Origin: an uncultured Rikenellaceae bacterium
Lineage (GTDB): Bacteria > Bacteroidota > Bacteroidia > Bacteroidales > VadinHA17
DNA: 64,000 nucleotides
Reading direction: 5' to 3'
NCBI GenBank assembly: GCA_964535035.1
Contig: CAZHRV010000118.1
Location: 943-64,942 of the forward strand
Shown here: positions 58,817 to 64,000 of the stretch, piece after piece
Layout of the letters: every line of letters starts with the position of its first letter
Numbering within the stretch: the first letter of the stretch is position 1
Made by a program: the position numbers and the translations under genes
The notes under the pieces: generated by a model
The model's input: the letters and a program-made list of their open reading frames with translations, nothing else
The model's database searches: none
What the model was told of the DNA's origin: nothing

Positions 58817-61800
58817 TATTTTCCTTTTTTCTTAGCAGCCACAAATAAGCATCCTCCAGATTGGGAGTAGCGGTAACAGCATTCTCCCATGGTTTGGATT
58901 CGGAAATGACTCTGACTCTTACATTATCGCCTTCCGACATATGATGCACTACAAGATGATTCTTTACGAATTTGCTGAATTCTCCTGCCGGAACATGGAA
59001 CTGCCATACATGTCCTTCTGCCTCTTTTGTCATATCGATGGGCTTACCAAGGTATTTTAATTTCCCCTTATCGAGAACTGCAACCTGGTTGCAGGAGCTC
59101 GAGATATCCTCAATGATATGTGTTGAAAATATCACAATACGTTCGCGGCCCAGTTCGACAAGCAGGTTTCGGAACCTTATTCTTTCCCTGGGATCAAGAC
59201 CGGCTGTCGGCTCATCAACAACAAGGATCCTTGGCAGATGAAGGAGTATCTGTGCAATACCCATTCTCTGCTTCATCCCTCCTGAATAAGAACCTATTTT
59301 TTCATGCCTTCGGTCCTCCATATGTACTGCATTAAGAACGAAGGTCACTCTTTCATCCCTCACCTTTTTGTCAATGATATTTTTCAGCATTGCCTGGTAA
59401 TGCAGGTATTCGTGAGCAGTCATATTCTCATAGCTTCCGAATTCCTGTGGCAGATAGCCTATCAGCCCCTGGAGCTCCTCGCGTTTTTCAAGAGTATCAA
59501 GACCATTGATCCACACTTTACCGTAACTCTGTTCCAGGATGCCGCAGATTATCCTCATAAGAGTTGTTTTACCAGCTCCGTTTGGTCCCAGAAGTCCGAA
59601 CATTCCACTGCCGATGTTCAACGATACACAGCTTAGGGCTTTGAAGGGTTTCTTCTTTTTTCCGATAAGGGGAACTGCTGCAACGATCCTGTAAACGGTT
59701 TTTCTCAGTCCTCTGAACCTTCCTTCAAGCCTGTATATATCAATGTTTTCATTGCTGAGCTTTTGACCGGTTCTGTAAATAAACAGACCGGAGAACCATA
59801 AGAATCCGAGGATCAGCACAACAGCAATGTTATCCCATCTTAGCTGGAAGAGTATCAGGTTTAGCAAGGGTATTATCCAGAAAACAAATAGATCAATTCC
59901 GGAAATTATCTTTTTCATGAACAGGCTTTTTGTCCGGGAGGTCATATTGGTGAAGAGCTCCCTTAACGGATTCCATATGGCTGAGAGGAAGAACCATGTG
60001 CCGATACTGAAAATAAATATCCAGAATCCTTTATTCAGGTAAAAATAGGTAAAGTAAACCATGAAGATGAACAGGGGAAGCTGCCAAATAATCTGTACCA
60101 TATCTTTCCACTGCCTGAAATGCCGTTTGAGATCCAGCCTGGCTCTTATTCTGGCACCAGCTTTCCATTCCCTCAGCCAGCGATTCTCCCTGTCATAAAT
60201 CTTTACCAGGCTTTGAACATGGATATTTATTTTTTCATCAGGCGAAATCACCGTCTCTCTCGCTTTCCTGAGGCTGTTCATTATGAACCATGTTGCTGCA
60301 GGTACAAGAATTATGCTGAGTATTGTTGTGATAAGCTTCCAGAGAAATTTGTCTATATAAGTGTAAATCAAAAAAATAAGCAGGGTAAAAACGATCAGTT
60401 GGATTGCTTTGTTTTTCCACTCAAGCGATTTTAGCCACTCCAGTGTATTCTCAAGTCCTGAATAGAATGTAGGGATAAAAACAAGTGTAAGAAGTGTGCT
60501 GAGCGACAGTCCGCCGATAACTGTTATTGCAAATGACGCACCTATGACTGATACGAATTCAGCTTTACCCATAGCCAGCGGAAACATGGCTATTACTGTT
60601 GTGGAAGCTGTAATAAGTATCGGTCTTATTCTTGCAACGCCTGCTGACATTAACGCCCGTGAACGGCGGTTGCCCCTTTTTCTCAAGATATTGGTATAAT
60701 CGATAAGGATAATACCATTATTGACAACTACTCCCAGCAGGATCAGGAATCCTGTAAGAGTGTTTGCATTCAAAAGGGAATTTCCTGTAAGTATAAGAGC
60801 TATAAGCGATCCCAGTGCGGCAAGGGGAATGCTGAAGAGAAGGACAAATGGTATAACAAGCGACTCAAATACGGCGGCAAGGATCATGTAAATGAGAATG
60901 AATGCAATACCTATAAGCTTGTAAAAATCCTTAAGCTGGTCCTCTTCATGTACAACCTCAACTGCAATGCCGGCTGGTATGTTCAAATCGGCAACAACAG
61001 ATTCGATCTCTGCTCTTGCTATTTCAAGGAGATCTTTGTCTGATCTTATTTCGGAATTGAAATTATATGTAACTGTGACTCTCTTCTCCTGGTTTTCCCT
61101 GTGAATATTACCAGATCCGTAAGCGAAGATGATATCAGCCAGTTCCTCCATTTCCATTATGGCTTCGCCAGTACTGCTTACCTCTAGCCGTCTCAGGTCA
61201 TCAATCGTCTTATCGGTGTTTTTTGCCAGTGTGTCCTCATCTGAATATTTGATTATTATATCATAGCTTTCGGTACCCTGCCTGAATGTTGCTCCCGAGG
61301 AATATTCGTTTCCGAAAGATGCCAAAGCTGAAGAGAGACCCATAAGGGTGATGTTGTTTCTCCCGATGTAATCCATATCAAAATATAGCTGAACCTCGGG
61401 CTTATTGTCCTGGATATTCAGGCTCACATTTTCTATTGAAGAAAGATCATCAATATAGGTTTTGATATCGTCGGCAAAGTTTTTCATCTGTTCAAAGTTC
61501 TGTCCCTTGATAATCACACTCTCGCTTTGTGATCCGATACCCAGCATATTCATAAATCCGGCTCCCGGATTCACTGTTTCGCCGCTGCCGCCGGCAGTAA
61601 AACCGCCGCCTGTAGATATATCATCCATACTTATTTCAGCAGAAGGAATATTTTTTGTCCTTTCCAGGATATCATTTTTAATTTCGGGGAGGCTCCTTTT
61701 GCTTATTCTATCCCACTCTTCCGGCAGATTGATTGTAACAGTAGCCTGTTCCTCTTCGATACGGCTTACAATATCCTCTTTCTCTGGTATGGAGGCAAGC

Positions 61801-63545
61801 CTTGATTCAATCTCTGTTACCACCGCATCGGTCTTCTCAAGGGTTGATCCTGAGGGCATTGTCACACTTAACCTGAAATCAGGAGTGTTTATTTCCTGCG
61901 GCGTGCTCAGACTTAGTGTCAGGCTTATCAGAAGTGCAGCGAAGAAGATTATGAGTGTACCGATAATTGTTAAGGCAGGTTTTCTCATACTAGCTTTAAG
62001 AACAAGATGATACCCCTGGATCAGCCTGTCGTGGATAGAAAGCTTTTTGAATATTTCCGACTTGCCTCCGGAGCTCCCGGAAAGCAGAAAATAGGTAGCC
62101 ATCGGTATAAAAAGAAGCGCGACCGCAAGTGAGACCAGCAATGTTGATATTATGGAAACACCAATGTTTTTCCCGATGATCTTTATAAGGAAATTTGAAG
62201 AAAAAATAAAGGGAAAGAAGACCATGATGGTCGTAAGTGTTGATGCGAGAATAGCCTTCCACACCTCGGTAGTGCCCTGTTTGACAGAGGTTCTGTAATC
62301 CATGCCTGTACCGGCAAGACGATAGGTATTCTCGAGTACCACCACCGAGTTGTCAACAAGCATTCCTATGGCAAGGGCCACACCGACAAGAGTCAGGCTG
62401 TTTATTGTAATGTTGTAGGCATAAAAGAAATTGAAGGCTGCATATACTGAAATAGGTATTGAGACAGCAATAATTGTAACAAGCCTGATATTCCTGAGAA
62501 AAAACCAGAGAATGATAACTGCCAGTATAGCACCGGTGATGGCAAGTTTGATTATCTGATTGATATTCTCCTCCATTGTTTCGGCACTGTTATACTGGAC
62601 TACAATATCAACTCCTGCAGGAGCAAGTGTTTTATTAAGGGCATTTACCTGTTCAAGGGCATCGTGTGACAGTTTTATAAGATTGGCCTGGTTATCATTT
62701 ACCAGGTTAATAGTAACGGCATCCATTCCGTTAACCCTGCTAAAGGATGTCTGTTCCTTGACACCATAAAATATTTCGGCGATATCCTGCAGCAGAACAG
62801 GCCCCTCCTGTTTTACTGTTATACTGCCAATATCCTTTACATCAGTATATTCAGAGGTTATATTTACAAAAAACTCATTACTCCCATCAACGACCTTGCC
62901 TGCAAATGTCTTCTCACTGCCATTATTGTTAAGCAGTGTCCTTATCTGTCCCATTGTGATCCCAAGAGCTTTGCATGCCTTTTCGTTAAGACGGACCTCA
63001 ATTGAATTCTCCTGACCTCCGTAAACCTGAACACCGGCAATACCGTCGATATTCTCAAATTTGGGTTTGATCTCCCTGTCTGAGATGTTCCTGATCCTGT
63101 CAACTCCGCCTTCGCCTCTCACCTGAAGCGACATGAACTGGTTTGTAAGCTGTTCAAGGTCTATTTTAATAACATTGACAATGAACTCGTCGGGTATTGA
63201 ACTCTTTACTATATCTATCTTCTCCTGGAGCTTAAGATAGGCATATTTGAGATCGGCATTCTGATTGTAATAGATCACTATTGTTCCATATCTGGAGGAG
63301 ATATTCGATTCTATCTTCTCAATGCCTTCAAGTGTTCCTGCCGCACCTTCAAGAGGTATAATAGCCTGTGCTTCAATATACGACGGATCCATTTCAAGGG
63401 GAGTGGCCACCTGTACTATCAATGCCGGAAGCTGGGCATTCGGTATCAATTCCACGGATAGTTTCTTATAAGAGATGAAACCGAGCATTGCCAGCCCGAT
63501 AAACAGCATACTGATGAGGATCCTTCTCTTTAAAATAAAATCCAT
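58794..63545 (-). CDS. Chimeric transporter: complete AcrB-type RND permease, six additional TM segments and an ABC ATPase domain in one 1583-aa ORF
   Basis: RND motifs are GMLVDNSVVVLEN and GVVVNNGIILIDY, with 12 TM segments and two large loops. The NBD has Walker A GPNGAGKTT (59562-59588), LPQE, the signature YSGGMKQR, Walker B ILVVDEPTAGLD and STHIIED. Confidence 0.8.
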   Translation of the reverse strand: MDFILKRRILISMLFIGLAMLGFISYKKLSVELIPNAQLPALIVQVATPLEMDPSYIEAQAIIPLEGAAGTLEGIEKIESNISSRYGTIVIYYNQNADLKYAYLKLQEKIDIVKSSIPDEFIVNVIKIDLEQLTNQFMSLQVRGEGGVDRIRNISDREIKPKFENIDGIAGVQVYGGQENSIEVRLNEKACKALGITMGQIRTLLNNNGSEKTFAGKVVDGSNEFFVNITSEYTDVKDIGSITVKQEGPVLLQDIAEIFYGVKEQTSFSRVNGMDAVTINLVNDNQANLIKLSHDALEQVNALNKTLAPAGVDIVVQYNSAETMEENINQIIKLAITGAILAVIILWFFLRNIRLVTIIAVSIPISVYAAFNFFYAYNITINSLTLVGVALAIGMLVDNSVVVLENTYRLAGTGMDYRTSVKQGTTEVWKAILASTLTTIMVFFPFIFSSNFLIKIIGKNIGVSIISTLLVSLAVALLFIPMATYFLLSGSSGGKSEIFKKLSIHDRLIQGYHLVLKASMRKPALTIIGTLIIFFAALLISLTLSLSTPQEINTPDFRLSVTMPSGSTLEKTDAVVTEIESRLASIPEKEDIVSRIEEEQATVTINLPEEWDRISKRSLPEIKNDILERTKNIPSAEISMDDISTGGGFTAGGSGETVNPGAGFMNMLGIGSQSESVIIKGQNFEQMKNFADDIKTYIDDLSSIENVSLNIQDNKPEVQLYFDMDYIGRNNITLMGLSSALASFGNEYSSGATFRQGTESYDIIIKYSDEDTLAKNTDKTIDDLRRLEVSSTGEAIMEMEELADIIFAYGSGNIHRENQEKRVTVTYNFNSEIRSDKDLLEIARAEIESVVADLNIPAGIAVEVVHEEDQLKDFYKLIGIAFILIYMILAAVFESLVIPFVLLFSIPLAALGSLIALILTGNSLLNANTLTGFLILLGVVVNNGIILIDYTNILRKRGNRRSRALMSAGVARIRPILITASTTVIAMFPLAMGKAEFVSVIGASFAITVIGGLSLSTLLTLVFIPTFYSGLENTLEWLKSLEWKNKAIQLIVFTLLIFLIYTYIDKFLWKLITTILSIILVPAATWFIMNSLRKARETVISPDEKINIHVQSLVKIYDRENRWLREWKAGARIRARLDLKRHFRQWKDMVQIIWQLPLFIFMVYFTYFYLNKGFWIFIFSIGTWFFLSAIWNPLRELFTNMTSRTKSLFMKKIISGIDLFVFWIIPLLNLILFQLRWDNIAVVLILGFLWFSGLFIYRTGQKLSNENIDIYRLEGRFRGLRKTVYRIVAAVPLIGKKKKPFKALSCVSLNIGSGMFGLLGPNGAGKTTLMRIICGILEQSYGKVWINGLDTLEKREELQGLIGYLPQEFGSYENMTAHEYLHYQAMLKNIIDKKVRDERVTFVLNAVHMEDRRHEKIGSYSGGMKQRMGIAQILLHLPRILVVDEPTAGLDPRERIRFRNLLVELGRERIVIFSTHIIEDISSSCNQVAVLDKGKLKYLGKPIDMTKEAEGHVWQFHVPAGEFSKFVKNHLVVHHMSEGDNVRVRVISESKPWENAVTATPNLEDAYLWLLRKKENNENQHII

Positions 63546-63559
63546 TTCTCTCTTATAAA

Positions 63560-64000
63560 TTAAAAAGGATCGGCTGCAGCTATTCTTTTTCCTCTTGCAA
63601 AGCTGCTGAAAGTATCAAAAACCCAGTAAACACATGGAATCACCACCAGGGTGAGAAGAGTAGACGAAAAGAGACCACCTATTACTGCCATTGCCATCGG
63701 GGCTCTCAACGATGCACTTTCTCCAATCCCTATTGTCAGAGGCAGCAGAGCCAGGATAGTCGTTATGCTTGTCATCAGAATAGGTCTGATACGTTGTGAC
63801 CCTGCAAGTATTACAGCCTCTTTTTTGTTCATTCCCCCTTCCCTAAGCTGATTTATGCGGTCAATAAGGATTATCGCATTATTTACTGCGATACCGCCCA
63901 GCATTATTATCCCTATATATGCCATCATATTAAGGGACTTGCCAAAAAAGAAGAATGTCAGTATTGTTCCAATTCCGGCCAGAGGGATGGTGAGCATAAT
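63560..64000 (-). CDS. RND efflux permease, C-terminal part only (5' end beyond the window)
   Basis: GGIAVNNAIILIDRINQLR...RIRPILMTSITTILALLPL is the TM10-12 region of AcrB-family proteins. The frame is open to the window edge. Confidence 0.85.
   Translation of the reverse strand: MMLTIPLAGIGTILTFFFFGKSLNMMAYIGIIMLGGIAVNNAIILIDRINQLREGGMNKKEAVILAGSQRIRPILMTSITTILALLPLTIGIGESASLRAPMAMAVIGGLFSSTLLTLVVIPCVYWVFDTFSSFARGKRIAAADPF

Overview
This 64-kb chromosomal segment reads as Bacteroidota: it has the T9SS translocon gene sprA, TAnnTTTG-type -7 promoter boxes about 20-25 nt upstream of several start codons, many Sec, lipoprotein or Tat leaders, and almost no Shine-Dalgarno signal. All family assignments are by-eye motif recognition; no searches were run. 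Layout: (i) 1-9.45 kb is core metabolism: class I fumarase (5' partial), an exported nucleoside-hydrolase/FmdE-like fusion, a 7-bladed lactonase, glpD-glpK-glpF and a saccharopine-dehydrogenase-like gene. (ii) 9.45-33.3 kb is an accessory glycan-degradation block bracketed by a 31-bp direct repeat (29/31 identical). It holds a Tat-exported 912-aa unknown protein, GH8, GH51, two GH43-type enzymes, a GH140-like protein, esterases, galM, an exported acetolactate-decarboxylase homologue and three enolase-superfamily paralogues, two with Tat-like leaders. No SusC/SusD pair or regulator is visible, and a galM remnant sits at the left edge. (iii) 33.4-35.1 kb holds a monocistronic TIR / internal Tat-like hydrophobic segment / DUF3795-like Cys-rich fusion gene, followed by a structured repeat element that abuts an initiator-type tRNA-Met. 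(iv) 35.3-58 kb is housekeeping: superoxide reductase, M23 peptidase, dxr, rseP, an unlisted tatA, a futalosine-type radical SAM gene, pepA, pdxA, ruvA, sprA, an MFS pseudogene, gcvH, infB-nusA-rimP and a PflX-like radical SAM gene. (v) 58.1-64 kb is a tightly packed transporter unit in which a complete RND permease is fused in frame to six more TM segments and a complete ABC ATPase domain, flanked by a second RND permease (partial) and an ABC-2 permease. I saw no CRISPR array, rRNA, transposase or integrase. The best novelty candidates are the TIR-DUF3795 fusion, the RND::ABC chimera and the apparently periplasmic (Tat-routed) enolase-superfamily enzymes.
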